From IMG/VR virus record IMGVR_UViG_3300023174_000033, positions 372,001 through 436,000 of that record: a stretch of DNA of 64,000 nucleotides. The stretch is one strand, 5' to 3'. The position numbers were made by a program, and so were the translations under genes. Of the stretch, positions 31,041 to 41,035 are shown piece after piece; position 1 is the stretch's first letter, and every line of letters begins with the position of its first letter. The notes below the pieces were generated by a model, which made no database searches, was not told the DNA's origin, and saw only the letters and a list, made by a program, of their open reading frames with translations.

Positions 31041-31319
31041 TTAAAGGCCTAATAATTTAGACTTTAGAACAGCTTGAAAAACATTTTTCACTTCGTACTT
31101 TTCTACCGAATCCTTCCGATATTCTTTTTCAGAATTATTGAACTCATTAATCTCACCTATGTAAGCAACTACCATTTCTGAATTGTTATTTTCTACTTGG
31201 TTGTGATAAGTGTTGTAACTCGACCAAGTTTTAATTCTTGAAATAGTATAACCCTCCTTAATAAGGAAATTTATCATTTCATCGTCTGTAAAATATAAAT
31301 TAATCATACTCATAATCAT
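31041..31319 (-). CDS. Hypothetical protein
   Basis: Start reassigned to the ATG overlapping the stop of 31316..31453. Confidence 0.6.
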   Translation of the reverse strand: MIMSMINLYFTDDEMINFLIKEGYTISRIKTWSSYNTYHNQVENNNSEMVVAYIGEINEFNNSEKEYRKDSVEKYEVKNVFQAVLKSKLLGL

Positions 31320-31453
31320 AGAAATAAAGATAATATAATGCCCAAAGAAGTTAAAAATACAATAGATATGGCCATTATTCCAATTAGCAATGAACATCCT
31401 GTAACCGAAATCATTAATAAGTCACCAAGTAAATTTTTCCTCCCATCATTCAT
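31316..31453 (-). CDS. 45-aa membrane peptide (below the ORF-track cutoff)
   Basis: MNDGRKNLLGDLLMISVTGCSLLIGIMAISIVFLTSLGIILSLFL; TATATTTG 5 nt upstream. Confidence 0.6.
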   Translation of the reverse strand: MNDGRKNLLGDLLMISVTGCSLLIGIMAISIVFLTSLGIILSLFL

Positions 31454-31500
31454 AATGCAAATATAGTTAAAGTTTTTACTCTAAAAAATAAAATAAAATA

Positions 31501-31531
31501 AAAAAACCCAACCGAGCTAAAGTTGGGTTTT
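31501..31531 (-). terminator. Intrinsic terminator downstream of the candidate ncRNA
   Basis: AAAAAACCCAAC-loop-GTTGGGTTTTT. Confidence 0.8.
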
Positions 31532-31539
31532 TAATTAAA

Positions 31540-31840
31540 AGTTGAGAGAGATTTAATTAAGATTGCGGTCTCAACACCATCAATCTCTAACTCCGACTTT
31601 CCCAAATCCGCAAATTTGGTTTGTCTACACCTGGATTTGTGTGTGATGCTTTAGGTGTTTCAGCATCAGACCCTACGGGTGATAGGTTTGGTGACCCACA
31701 ACATCTACTAAATGTTGCTCCTTGTTTCATCCATATTAGTAGTTATGGACTTATCTGGACTTGTGTGATCTATATTTGGTTCCTAACATAAATCAAGTTA
31801 GATCCTTTCGGTTAGTCGGCTCTCGCAGCTCCCGTTGGAC
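31540..31840 (-). ncRNA. Candidate ~300-nt structured ncRNA, family unidentified
   Basis: No ORF, higher GC than its flanks, TACCTTTG at 31845-31852, terminator downstream, several hairpins and a pseudoknot-compatible pairing. Confidence 0.6.
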
Positions 31841-31862
31841 AATACAAAGGTAAGGCGATTTT

Positions 31863-32180
31863 TTAGGATTCCAAAATATTTTTCAATTTTTTTTCTCTTA
31901 AATAATAAATTAATTTTTCCTCAGCCCATAAGAATATCTTAAGTCTTGGAATTAAGTATTCATCACTCCATCTTGTATGTTTTATATAACCTCTCAACTC
32001 CTCAATAGTTCTTTGAACCGAATCTAAATCATGGAAAAAATTTCCAGAAGAACCATAATACAAAAAAACTACCTTAGTATCATTTTCTAGTATCTTATGT
32101 CCATAAACCTCTGGTTCATATTCATCTATTATGAAATAATCATTCTTACAAAGGTCAGTAAATATTTTAAGCTGAGACAT
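31863..32180 (-). CDS. Hypothetical protein with C-tag (REKKLKNIL)
   Basis: ORF track. Confidence 0.7.
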   Translation of the reverse strand: MSQLKIFTDLCKNDYFIIDEYEPEVYGHKILENDTKVVFLYYGSSGNFFHDLDSVQRTIEELRGYIKHTRWSDEYLIPRLKIFLWAEEKLIYYLREKKLKNILES

Positions 32181-32196
32181 AGTAATATATACTTAT

Positions 32197-32721
32197 GTGA
32201 AATTCATTAAAAGTTATAAAATTTTTGAGGCAGATGGTACTTTTATGTATGACCCATCAATTGAAAGTATATTACCAGAATATATTAAGATAATTAAGGG
32301 GAATCCAAAAAACCCACTTAGATTAGCTTATAAAAAAGGTATATCAAGACACCTAGGACCAGAAGTTCAAATACCATATGAAACGATGGATAAGAATGGT
32401 GGTAGGGAAAATCCAGACACTTTAGAATTTGACATATATTGGAACTACGATACAAATACTAGTAGTTTAAATATAAATGTCGAAGTAAATTATGGTGATT
32501 TAACTGCTTGTCAATTCTCCATAGAAGCTCCTAATAAAGTTGATGTGATAGTATATACCTCATTACACTCAAAAGATGACCCATCAAATACCGTGTTTGC
32601 AATAGACGATGAAAGTTTGCAATCATTCTGTAATTACATCAACAAATGGGATCATGGTATCCATATAAATCGCGAAGATTTGAAGTTTATGGACAAGTAC
32701 GATAATTACTTACCTACTTGA
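32197..32721 (+). CDS. Hypothetical protein with N-tag variant (KFIKSYKIFEA)
   Basis: GTG start; TAATATATA at 32183. Confidence 0.7.
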   Translation: MKFIKSYKIFEADGTFMYDPSIESILPEYIKIIKGNPKNPLRLAYKKGISRHLGPEVQIPYETMDKNGGRENPDTLEFDIYWNYDTNTSSLNINVEVNYGDLTACQFSIEAPNKVDVIVYTSLHSKDDPSNTVFAIDDESLQSFCNYINKWDHGIHINREDLKFMDKYDNYLPT

Positions 32722-33956
32722 TTTCTATCCCAAGTTTCAATTCCAAGAATGTGATACACTTTATCACTTGGATCCTCTACTAAATCCTTCCTAATGGCCA
32801 ATTCCATAAGTAACAATTCCATTTCGTCGTTCAAATCATGGGATTCCAAATCATAGTTCTCAAGTATCTTTATACCTATAAGTGGGTCTTTTTGAAACTT
32901 TGATATAATCATATCAAATATTTCAATTTGTTTTGACAGAGACTTACCCCGCAAGTTCCTTGAGGAATTAGGTGCATGGTTTACCAACTTTGACAGTTTC
33001 TCTATATTAACGTTTTTTGGGTTTACGTCAAAATATCCATTGAAAGTTAAAGAAGAATCAATTATAGGGTGTAATTTGTACCAAGCTTTTTCATAGTCTT
33101 TCTTATGAAGAATATTTCTCATATAATAAAGATAATCCTTTGAAAGATGAAGTCCACTTATATCATCTTTCTTGTATTTATCACTATCCACTTTTGATTC
33201 TAAAGACCAGATATGATCACTTGACCCATAATTTGAGAGTAAGTAAACTTCCAAATCTTTTTCTCTAACCAATTTGAACCTTGATTTTAGGTCAGATTGA
33301 TATTTTTTGAACATTTTAGCATATCTGTCTTTGAATCTATACTTATGACTATCGATAAAACACCTACTTCCAATAATAGTAGCAATCAAATCCAATTCTA
33401 TCTCTGGTAAAGTAGCTTCCAAATCATACTTTTTCTTTACTAATCTGATAGCAGAGTGTGGTGGTGAACTTAAATTACAAAGACGCAACTCACCAGTTTT
33501 CAAAAATTCCTCAAAATCTTTTGTCCAAATAAATTGATCAGTTTCAATATCGTATCCAAGTTGACAAGAGTTTATATCAAATGAATCTAGTACTAGAGAT
33601 TTATCATCCGTGGTGGAAAAATATTCAATATTGTTATAAATACCATCTACAGACACTTTCTCAATAGTGTAGTAACCCTTTTGTTGATATCCTATATTAA
33701 GACCGGTGTAATCTTCATAAACCCATTTTTCATTTCTAATAAAATGTTGCTTTGATTTTAACTCTCTATTTGTAAAATCCTTTTTGACACCAATCAGATG
33801 ATAGATATCTAAATCATTCACTGGTGCATTCTTACCAGATATTATATTCCATACCACATTTCCGATTGATCCTCCTGCTAGAAAACCAGATTTTGGAAGT
33901 TCCCATTTTGATTTGATTTGGTCAAGTGCTTGACGAAAGATTTCTTGATATTTCAT
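32706..33956 (-). CDS. Pol-beta-superfamily nucleotidyltransferase-like protein
   Basis: GFLAGGS...NDLDIY and VLDSFDINSCQLG resemble the CCA/poly(A) polymerase head domain. Confidence 0.55.
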   Translation of the reverse strand: MKYQEIFRQALDQIKSKWELPKSGFLAGGSIGNVVWNIISGKNAPVNDLDIYHLIGVKKDFTNRELKSKQHFIRNEKWVYEDYTGLNIGYQQKGYYTIEKVSVDGIYNNIEYFSTTDDKSLVLDSFDINSCQLGYDIETDQFIWTKDFEEFLKTGELRLCNLSSPPHSAIRLVKKKYDLEATLPEIELDLIATIIGSRCFIDSHKYRFKDRYAKMFKKYQSDLKSRFKLVREKDLEVYLLSNYGSSDHIWSLESKVDSDKYKKDDISGLHLSKDYLYYMRNILHKKDYEKAWYKLHPIIDSSLTFNGYFDVNPKNVNIEKLSKLVNHAPNSSRNLRGKSLSKQIEIFDMIISKFQKDPLIGIKILENYDLESHDLNDEMELLLMELAIRKDLVEDPSDKVYHILGIETWDRNQVGK

Positions 33957-34036
33957 AATAATTTATTAGCACAAAAATATTAAATTTTTTTCAAAAAACA
34001 AAGATTTTATATTTTAAATCTTATATATAATTGTAT

Positions 34037-34189
34037 ATGAAAAAGGAAAAAAAGTGGAGTAAGAATTGGAAATATTTAGGCATAGGTTTGTTATTTTTAG
34101 CTATACCTGGTTCAACTTTTTTACTACCAGCGTTGTTGGCAAAAAAAATTCATGATAATAAGGATACAAACGATATTTTGGGCATATAA
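34037..34189 (+). CDS. 50-aa membrane peptide
   Basis: MKKEKKWSKNWKYLGIGLLFLAIPGSTFLLPALLAKKIHDNKDTNDILGI (manual translation). Confidence 0.55.
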   Translation: MKKEKKWSKNWKYLGIGLLFLAIPGSTFLLPALLAKKIHDNKDTNDILGI

Positions 34190-34211
34190 TGTTTAACTAA
34201 TTATACATTAC

Positions 34212-35309
34212 ATGGACAAAACATTTCTATTAACATTTATCATAGGTGGTTCTTTGGTTTATTTCAAACAATTTTTTTTGTTTTTATTTGAAAACATAAA
34301 AAATTTATTTATAACGAGCTTAAAAATTGAAGAATCTTCCTATTTTTTCTACTCATTCCAAAATTTTATACTTAATGAGTATAATAATAAGGTAAACAAT
34401 TTCTACTACAGGAACTTCTTTGATGATTGGATCGGTAAAGAATCAAACTTGAACTTATTTTACTCCTCGGGTTTTATCATAGTAAAATTTGAAGGTACAA
34501 AATTCCTAATTCTGAAAGCACAGAATAACATACAGAATTCTTTCAACCCATTCAAAGACACTAAACAATCTTTTCAAATTTATTGTTTCAATAAGAACAA
34601 ATTGAATAAATTAATTGAATATGTAGATAAATCATATGGCAGTAATTATATCAAATCTTATTATAACTTTAATGGTGAAGTAAAATGTTCAGGTAGAGTC
34701 ATAAATAAAACCTTTGAAAATATCTATCTTGATAATGGTATCGTTGAAGATTTGAAAAAAGATTTAGATCTTTTCGCATCATCAAAATCCATATACGATG
34801 AATATGGAATTAGATATAAAAGAACTTATCTTTTCTATGGACCTCCTGGAACTGGTAAGTCATCTTTATCTCTGGGAATCTCCAATTATACAAAAAGGGA
34901 TATACTTTCAATCAATATGTCCAAAGATATCACAGATGCTAATTTGATAAGTTTAATTGCTAATAGACCTACAAAATCCATAGTATTATTTGAAGATATT
35001 GATTGCTTATTGGATGATATTAATAGAAATGAAGAGACAAAAGATAAAGAAGTGAAAATTTCACTTTCATGTATACTGAACATACTTGATGGAATATATA
35101 CTCCTAACGATGTTATTTTCATAATAACAACGAATAATTTGGATAAAATTGACGATGCTATTAAAAGAAAAGGTAGAACCGATGTTTTATTGGAAGTCAA
35201 GAAACCAAATAAATACTTTATGGATGAATTGAAAGATAGGTTCAATATAAAAACCGAAAAGGATATTGATAATATTTCTCAACTTTATGAGGAAATAATA
35301 AATAATTAG
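34212..35309 (+). CDS. BCS1-like AAA+ ATPase with N-terminal TM anchor
   Basis: RTYLFYGPPGTGKSS Walker A, VLFEDID Walker B, SCILNILDG, ITTN, RKGRTD. Confidence 0.85.
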   Translation: MDKTFLLTFIIGGSLVYFKQFFLFLFENIKNLFITSLKIEESSYFFYSFQNFILNEYNNKVNNFYYRNFFDDWIGKESNLNLFYSSGFIIVKFEGTKFLILKAQNNIQNSFNPFKDTKQSFQIYCFNKNKLNKLIEYVDKSYGSNYIKSYYNFNGEVKCSGRVINKTFENIYLDNGIVEDLKKDLDLFASSKSIYDEYGIRYKRTYLFYGPPGTGKSSLSLGISNYTKRDILSINMSKDITDANLISLIANRPTKSIVLFEDIDCLLDDINRNEETKDKEVKISLSCILNILDGIYTPNDVIFIITTNNLDKIDDAIKRKGRTDVLLEVKKPNKYFMDELKDRFNIKTEKDIDNISQLYEEIINN

Positions 35310-35313
35310 TGTT

Positions 35314-35820
35314 ATGAAAACTACAAAAGAATGGTTTGAAACCCTAGACAAACAATACAGAGACAAAGCTCTGAAAAACATGACTAGCCCGAATACTAAA
35401 CATTTTAGTTTACTAGGAGCAATTTCCAATGGATTTGATTGGAAAAATTCAATCGAAGGCCTTAACTATTGGAAAAAGGTTTTTAGAGAAATCAAAACTG
35501 GTGTAAAACAAGAAGATGATTTTCTTGAAGATGAAATTCAGTCAATTTTACAACCGGTAGAAACAAAGGTAAATTTGATTCAAGAATATAAATCTCAAGT
35601 TTCTCAACAAATTCAATTAGAAGAGAAAATTCAAAAAGTGGAAAAAGTGGAAAAACCACTTGAAAAAGAAGTTGTAAGTGAGGAAAAAGAAACTCCACCA
35701 ACTACACCGGAAAATTATGTGCCAAGAATTGATAAACATCCCTTGATGGACGCCTACAAAAAACAACAAGAAGTTGGAATTCAAATTGAAAACGCCGAGA
35801 TCTTAACAGAAAAAAATTAA
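35314..35820 (+). CDS. Hypothetical protein (EWFExL module plus acidic coil)
   Basis: N-terminal ~60 aa paralogous to 35831..36055. Confidence 0.7.
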   Translation: MKTTKEWFETLDKQYRDKALKNMTSPNTKHFSLLGAISNGFDWKNSIEGLNYWKKVFREIKTGVKQEDDFLEDEIQSILQPVETKVNLIQEYKSQVSQQIQLEEKIQKVEKVEKPLEKEVVSEEKETPPTTPENYVPRIDKHPLMDAYKKQQEVGIQIENAEILTEKN

Positions 35821-35830
35821 GTTTGTTTAT

Positions 35831-36055
35831 ATGAAGAAAATTAGAGAATGGTTTGAATTACTACCAGAAGAGCATAAAGATAAAGCTCTAAAAAGTATGG
35901 TAAATGGAGAAAGCGAACAAGAATCTATGGTATCCGCACTATCAAATGGACTAATTTGGCAACATACCCCAGAGGGTAAAGAATATTGGTCCAAAGTATT
36001 TGATAAGTATTTACAAAAACTTATCATAAAAGATATAAAGGCAGAAAAAGTTTGA
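35831..36055 (+). CDS. Hypothetical protein (EWFExL module)
   Basis: Paralog of the previous N-terminus. Confidence 0.7.
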   Translation: MKKIREWFELLPEEHKDKALKSMVNGESEQESMVSALSNGLIWQHTPEGKEYWSKVFDKYLQKLIIKDIKAEKV

Positions 36056-36086
36056 TTTTATCAAACTTTTTTTTTACCTTTGTATT

Positions 36087-36584
36087 ATGTTCACACAAGA
36101 TATCACAACCGAAAAATCCAAAGTTATACTTTTGGTTGGCCCGCCTTTGAGTGGTAAGGATACTTTCTTGAAATCACAAGATATAACTGACTTTACAGTA
36201 ATTAGTAGAGACGATATTCTTATGTCTTTACATGATAATTCCTCTTATTCAGAAGCTTTTGATAAAGTAGATCAAAAAGAAGTAGATAGATTATTGAATA
36301 AAAAAATTCAAGATTCAATATCCAAGAAAGAGAATGTTATAATCAATATGACAAATCTTTCACCGAAATCAAGAAATAAGCATCTTTGCAAATTCGCAAA
36401 CACTGATTATTACAAAATTGCCATAGTCTTTCCAAAATTAGATTTGACCGATTATATAAATAGAAATGAGGGTAGGTCAATAAGTGAAAATAAGTTTATT
36501 CCTCTGCCTGTTATCAAAAATATGCTTGATAATTGGACTGATATTACAGATAGTGAAGGATTTGACACAATAATAAAACTTTAA
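36087..36584 (+). CDS. P-loop kinase, polynucleotide-kinase (AAA_33)-like
   Basis: LLVGPPLSGKDT, VISRDDI, VIINMTNLSPKSR, RN..R lid. Confidence 0.75.
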   Translation: MFTQDITTEKSKVILLVGPPLSGKDTFLKSQDITDFTVISRDDILMSLHDNSSYSEAFDKVDQKEVDRLLNKKIQDSISKKENVIINMTNLSPKSRNKHLCKFANTDYYKIAIVFPKLDLTDYINRNEGRSISENKFIPLPVIKNMLDNWTDITDSEGFDTIIKL

Positions 36585-36589
36585 AATAT

Positions 36590-37075
36590 ATGCCAAACTG
36601 GGTTAAAAACAAATTATTTATTCACGGACCATCTGATAAGGTTAAAAAATGCACACTTGATATCGCAAGTGATAGTGAGCACATTTCCTTTGAGAAAATC
36701 CTACCAAGACCAAAGGATATTGGTGATGGTTGGTACGATTGGAGTGTAGAAAATTGGGGTACTAAATGGGACGCCGCAGATACCTATGAAGATGATGAAG
36801 GATACATCTGTTTTGATACTGCTTGGTCCACTCCACATGAATTAATGGGTACACTTTCAGAGAGATATTCAGATTTACTTTTTGAGGTTAAGTTTGCGGA
36901 CGAAGATTTAGGTAATAATTGTGGAATGTATCAATTTAAAGATGGTGATGAAATTGAATTTATGTCCTATGGAATCGAGGAGGCTTGTGATATTTGGGGA
37001 TATGATATTGAGGAAATTTTCCCCGATATCAAACGAGACAGGCAAATCGACAGAATTATAGGTGATGACGAATGA
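36590..37075 (+). CDS. Api92/YubB-type ferredoxin-like domain protein with C-tag (RDRQIDRII)
   Basis: WYDWSVENWGTKWDA, FDTAWSTP, FADEDLGNNCG. Confidence 0.7.
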   Translation: MPNWVKNKLFIHGPSDKVKKCTLDIASDSEHISFEKILPRPKDIGDGWYDWSVENWGTKWDAADTYEDDEGYICFDTAWSTPHELMGTLSERYSDLLFEVKFADEDLGNNCGMYQFKDGDEIEFMSYGIEEACDIWGYDIEEIFPDIKRDRQIDRIIGDDE

Positions 37076-37581
37076 AGATTTTTGTCCTAACCCTTTTGTT
37101 TCTATTATTCAGTACTTTTGGGTTTGGGCAAAGAGTAGGTACAGAAGTGCCAATTTTTGGAGTTGATAAGTTCAACAGTTTATCAAATGATGGAATTTTA
37201 ACTTTTGAGATAGATTGTAGAATGGCGGATTGTATATCTTATGTACAAATAATCGATATTGAAAAAATAAAAAAAAAGAAAAGCATTTGGGATAAAATTT
37301 ACGATTGGTGGTGGTTTAAGATTGTCAAAAGATTTGATTTCCAAACTGCTAAAAAATTCAATAAAGAAATCACCCAAGATGAATATTTTCTAAAAGATTT
37401 AGATGATGGTAAAGAACACATTTATATGAAATGTGAACTTATTACCTTAAAATCTTTATTTGGAAGAAAATCCTTGAAAAAAGGAATAAGAATAAACGTA
37501 ATTTCCATGTCGGGAAAGAAAATATACACAAGGGACTTTACACTGGACAAGTCAAAATTGATAGAATCTTTAGAACAATAG
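37072..37581 (+). CDS. Hypothetical exported protein
   Basis: Signal peptide MKIFVLTLLFLLFSTFGFGQ. Confidence 0.7.
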   Translation: MKIFVLTLLFLLFSTFGFGQRVGTEVPIFGVDKFNSLSNDGILTFEIDCRMADCISYVQIIDIEKIKKKKSIWDKIYDWWWFKIVKRFDFQTAKKFNKEITQDEYFLKDLDDGKEHIYMKCELITLKSLFGRKSLKKGIRINVISMSGKKIYTRDFTLDKSKLIESLEQ

Positions 37582-37603
37582 TCAAATAAATCATAGAACT
37601 ACC

Positions 37604-37948
37604 GTGTATAACAAATTAATAATTGCGCTGATTCTTCTAACAATTGGTCAAATTCTAGCTTATTTCCAACTACAAGGTCAGTTCATGTCAAATTGGTTTA
37701 AAAACAATCCTTTAATGGTTAGTTTATTGGGATTTCCAATTTCTTACATTTTAATAAAATCAACTCAATATTGTGCTGAAAGTTTCAATGGTCAAGTATG
37801 GCCTGGTAGACTAATTGGGTTTTCAATTGGAGCAATAGTTTTTGCTTTACTTTCTAAATTTCTCATGAATGAGGAATTAAATACAAAAACTGTGGTTTGT
37901 TTAGGACTCGCATCCCTAATTTTAATTATTCAGTTTTTTTGGAAATGA
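37604..37948 (+). CDS. Small 4-TM membrane protein (SMR/DMT-like topology)
   Basis: Four hydrophobic helices; GTG start. Confidence 0.6.
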   Translation: MYNKLIIALILLTIGQILAYFQLQGQFMSNWFKNNPLMVSLLGFPISYILIKSTQYCAESFNGQVWPGRLIGFSIGAIVFALLSKFLMNEELNTKTVVCLGLASLILIIQFFWK

Positions 37949-38176
37949 TTAAATAACTTCCCAAAGTTCCTTTGTGTCCATATTTAATTTGGACATATCA
38001 TTATTCAAAAGTTTTAAAAGGTTTTCCATTTTTGATTCAAATAAAGGATATTCTTTATCCTTTACAATTTTTGAGAATCTACCATCATGTTGGATACCAT
38101 CAAATGGAAAATGAAATTCACCTTTCAAAAAAAATATTTGTGTACAAAGCTTCTCGAATTTTTCTATTTGATTCAT
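37949..38176 (-). CDS. Hypothetical protein
   Basis: TATCTTTG 5 nt upstream of the ATG at 38176. Confidence 0.6.
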   Translation of the reverse strand: MNQIEKFEKLCTQIFFLKGEFHFPFDGIQHDGRFSKIVKDKEYPLFESKMENLLKLLNNDMSKLNMDTKELWEVI

Positions 38177-38191
38177 AATACAAAGATACAA

Positions 38192-39022
38192 TTATAAATC
38201 TGAAATTACAATAGTTTTTACAACTTTTATTCCAACGTCTCCAGGCAGTATTGTAATCACTAAAATTTCATTGTTATTGTTTTTCATAATACCATCTACA
38301 TCAATCACAATAATAATAGAAACATTATACTCTTCAAAATAAAATGAATATCTACCAGATACTAAAATTTCCTTTCCAATCATTGATGGGAATATCTTAT
38401 CTAAAAACCTTTTGAATATCCCATTGAAATGTTTTATTGATTGAAATGAACTTCTTTCAGCAATTCTTTTAGTTAAGTCATGTTCTGATGTATTATACCA
38501 CTTTACTTTGAATAATAACTTTTTACCATTCCACCTTTGTTTACAAGTATGCTGACTTACAAGTTTAACATCTGGTTCAGCTGGTGGTGGATTTAATTCT
38601 TTTGGTAGGTCTTTTATTAGATCAGCTAGTCTTGCTTCATTAACTTCAAGTGTGTCACTTAACATTTGTTTAACACCGTCCAACCCATCACACTTATAAT
38701 AATAACTATCAAATGTATTTTGATTGTAATCTTCAATAAAATACCAATCGTCATCATAGTGGAAAATGAAAATGACTTGATCTTTATTTATTGAAGTGTG
38801 GTAATATTCACTTGTGTTTGTTTGATAAATTTGTACTTTTGGCCAGTCTGGTGTTTTGTTGGATGGATCAAATATTTTTTTGAACAATCTTTCCAATCTT
38901 AATCTTTCTGATTCATTTACCCCATCATATTTAATTTTTGATGTTATATCACTGAATTTTCCCCTAGTAATTTTCTCATATTCACCACTACCAAATACAT
39001 CAAAACTTTCCAAATATTTCAT
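38192..39022 (-). CDS. N-tag family protein (two-domain)
   Basis: MKYLESF; DDDWYFI...YYKCDGLDG family motifs; TAATATATA at 39028. Confidence 0.75.
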   Translation of the reverse strand: MKYLESFDVFGSGEYEKITRGKFSDITSKIKYDGVNESERLRLERLFKKIFDPSNKTPDWPKVQIYQTNTSEYYHTSINKDQVIFIFHYDDDWYFIEDYNQNTFDSYYYKCDGLDGVKQMLSDTLEVNEARLADLIKDLPKELNPPPAEPDVKLVSQHTCKQRWNGKKLLFKVKWYNTSEHDLTKRIAERSSFQSIKHFNGIFKRFLDKIFPSMIGKEILVSGRYSFYFEEYNVSIIIVIDVDGIMKNNNNEILVITILPGDVGIKVVKTIVISDL

Positions 39023-39038
39023 CAGTTTATATATTAAA

Positions 39039-39066
39039 AAAACCCTCTGATTTCTCAGAGGGTTTT
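39039..39066. terminator. Intrinsic terminator
   Basis: AAAACCCTCTGA-TTTC-TCAGAGGGTTTT. Confidence 0.85.
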
Positions 39067-39068
39067 GA

Positions 39069-39581
39069 TTATTTATATCCTATTCCAAAGGCGACGACTT
39101 TGTCTTTTATAGATATTTGTTCTTGTTTGGAAAAATCCCATTCAATAACATAAGTGCCACTCTTACTAGCCAAAAAATCAAAGGTCTTTTTATTCTTGTC
39201 ACCTTTGTTTGATAAGAATAGTTTTCCATCGGCATCATATAAATTTATAGTCACAGGATGGGTGAACCCTGTTGATAAATCAACAATTCTGTATGGCTCA
39301 TTTGAATAAAGATCAAATGTAGCTTTTACAATAGCTTTATCCTTAAATTTACTATAGTCCTGTGATACAGAAGATTCATACTTATACTCACCTAACTTTT
39401 TTATACAATCATATTTTATAGTTCTACCACCATCAATTTGGTAAAAATCCATAAAAGAAGCAGAAATCTGAAATTCCTGATTCACAACATTCTCAAATTT
39501 GGGATCACTTACCCTAAACTGACTGTAGATGGATGTAACAATTAGAGTCACCAAGGCCATCAAAAACGAATTGTTTTTCAT
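39069..39581 (-). CDS. Hypothetical exported protein
   Basis: Signal-peptide-like N-terminus. Confidence 0.65.
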   Translation of the reverse strand: MKNNSFLMALVTLIVTSIYSQFRVSDPKFENVVNQEFQISASFMDFYQIDGGRTIKYDCIKKLGEYKYESSVSQDYSKFKDKAIVKATFDLYSNEPYRIVDLSTGFTHPVTINLYDADGKLFLSNKGDKNKKTFDFLASKSGTYVIEWDFSKQEQISIKDKVVAFGIGYK

Positions 39582-39714
39582 AACTTTAATTTTCTTTTTA
39601 GTCCAATAAATAATATGGGATATACTATATATTTTAGCTATGCGTCGGTAAAAAATCTACCCTCCACTAATTTTTAAAATTAGCAATATGAGTAAAAAAA
39701 TAAATTAAAATAAA

Positions 39715-40155
39715 CTAAAAATTTTCCTTTAAACACTCCTCAACACCTTCGATAGTATCACAAACCCACATTCTTGAATTTACATTTCTTGAACCAGGTG
39801 TCTCTGGTATAAAACATTCAATCAACCATATATCATCTTCCAGTTTTTGAATAACCAGATCGCATTTAAAAGGTATATCTAAATCAAAAACATATTCCCT
39901 TCTGTAATCAGTTAAACCTTCTCTATGAGTCATTTCATACTTTTGTTTATCTACATGAGCTAATGGAAATCCTTTGGATCTAATATACTCCTCTACAAAT
40001 CTATCTAAATTTTTATCTTCTTTTGGTGTTATATCATCTTGGTGACCCCAATATTCTAATTGTTCATAACTATGGGCAGTTAATCTATTATAGATCTTTC
40101 CTTCTAATTTATCATATGCTGATAGATTTTCATTAAATCTTTTTAAGTATTTCAT
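39715..40155 (-). CDS. N-tag paralog family protein
   Basis: MKYLKRFNE; EDDIWLI; WVCDTIEG. Confidence 0.75.
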   Translation of the reverse strand: MKYLKRFNENLSAYDKLEGKIYNRLTAHSYEQLEYWGHQDDITPKEDKNLDRFVEEYIRSKGFPLAHVDKQKYEMTHREGLTDYRREYVFDLDIPFKCDLVIQKLEDDIWLIECFIPETPGSRNVNSRMWVCDTIEGVEECLKENF

Positions 40156-40589
40156 AACCACTTATCAAGTAATATTTTAAGTGAATCAAATTCATCACAT
40201 TCATAGTATTCAGAAAATCCATCAATTGTAGTTTCTTCATCAAAAATATCATCACCTTGAAATATACGAACATAATACCAATCATCCTTATTTTTGTAAC
40301 AATCAAAACAAATTAAATTAGCATTTCCACCATTTGAATACATATAAATAACAAAATTATCTGGAAGTTCTTTTTTATCCGAAGTGAATCTGTTGTAGAT
40401 AAAACTAGAACGATTATTATATTCCACATCTTCTATTTTTCTACTCTTATCAAATACAGATTCTAAATATAAAAGTTCTTTTTCAGTAAAATAATCTCTT
40501 GTCTTTTTTTCTGGATAAAAATCTTCATAGGAAATATTTTTAGGTTCAGCAGGTCCAAACATATTTTCAAATAACTTTAGATATTTCAT
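40152..40589 (-). CDS. N-tag paralog family protein
   Basis: MKYLKLFEN; KDDWYYV; YYECDEFDSL. Confidence 0.78.
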   Translation of the reverse strand: MKYLKLFENMFGPAEPKNISYEDFYPEKKTRDYFTEKELLYLESVFDKSRKIEDVEYNNRSSFIYNRFTSDKKELPDNFVIYMYSNGGNANLICFDCYKNKDDWYYVRIFQGDDIFDEETTIDGFSEYYECDEFDSLKILLDKWL

Positions 40590-41035
40590 TTAAGTTTAGC
40601 TTCTTTTTTTAAAAGATTTAATAAACAATCAAACCCATCACATTCATAATATTCTTCATAACCTTCAAAATATCCTTCATCACTATCCCAATTATCTTGA
40701 TAAAAACTTACTAAAAACCATTCATCTTTACATTTTTGGACATGAACTTCAAATGGATATGGATTGCCTTCATCATAAGTTGGTAGATAAAAAGTTAAAT
40801 AAGTAAGACCAATTCTGTAATAATCAACTTTTTCACTTAATCCAAGATTATCCCATTCTTCTTCTTCCATATGGCAACGGTCACTATCTTCCATTAAATT
40901 AACAAGGGTTTCCATTTCAGATTTACTGAAAAACTCCTTACCCAAAGATTTTAAAAGTCTTGACCATTCACTATTGGTGATTTTTTTTGGTTCAGCAGCT
41001 CCAAATATGCTTTCAAATCTTTTTAAGTATTTCAT
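40586..41035 (-). CDS. N-tag paralog family protein
   Basis: MKYLKRFES; KDEWFLV; YYECDGFD. Confidence 0.78.
   Translation of the reverse strand: MKYLKRFESIFGAAEPKKITNSEWSRLLKSLGKEFFSKSEMETLVNLMEDSDRCHMEEEEWDNLGLSEKVDYYRIGLTYLTFYLPTYDEGNPYPFEVHVQKCKDEWFLVSFYQDNWDSDEGYFEGYEEYYECDGFDCLLNLLKKEAKLK

Noticed and set aside
31540-31840. tmRNA, RNase P RNA or hammerhead ribozyme identity for the ncRNA
   Set aside because: No tRNA-like acceptor/CCA ends or tag frame, no recognisable RNase P conserved regions, and CTGATGCTGAAA is not a complete hammerhead core
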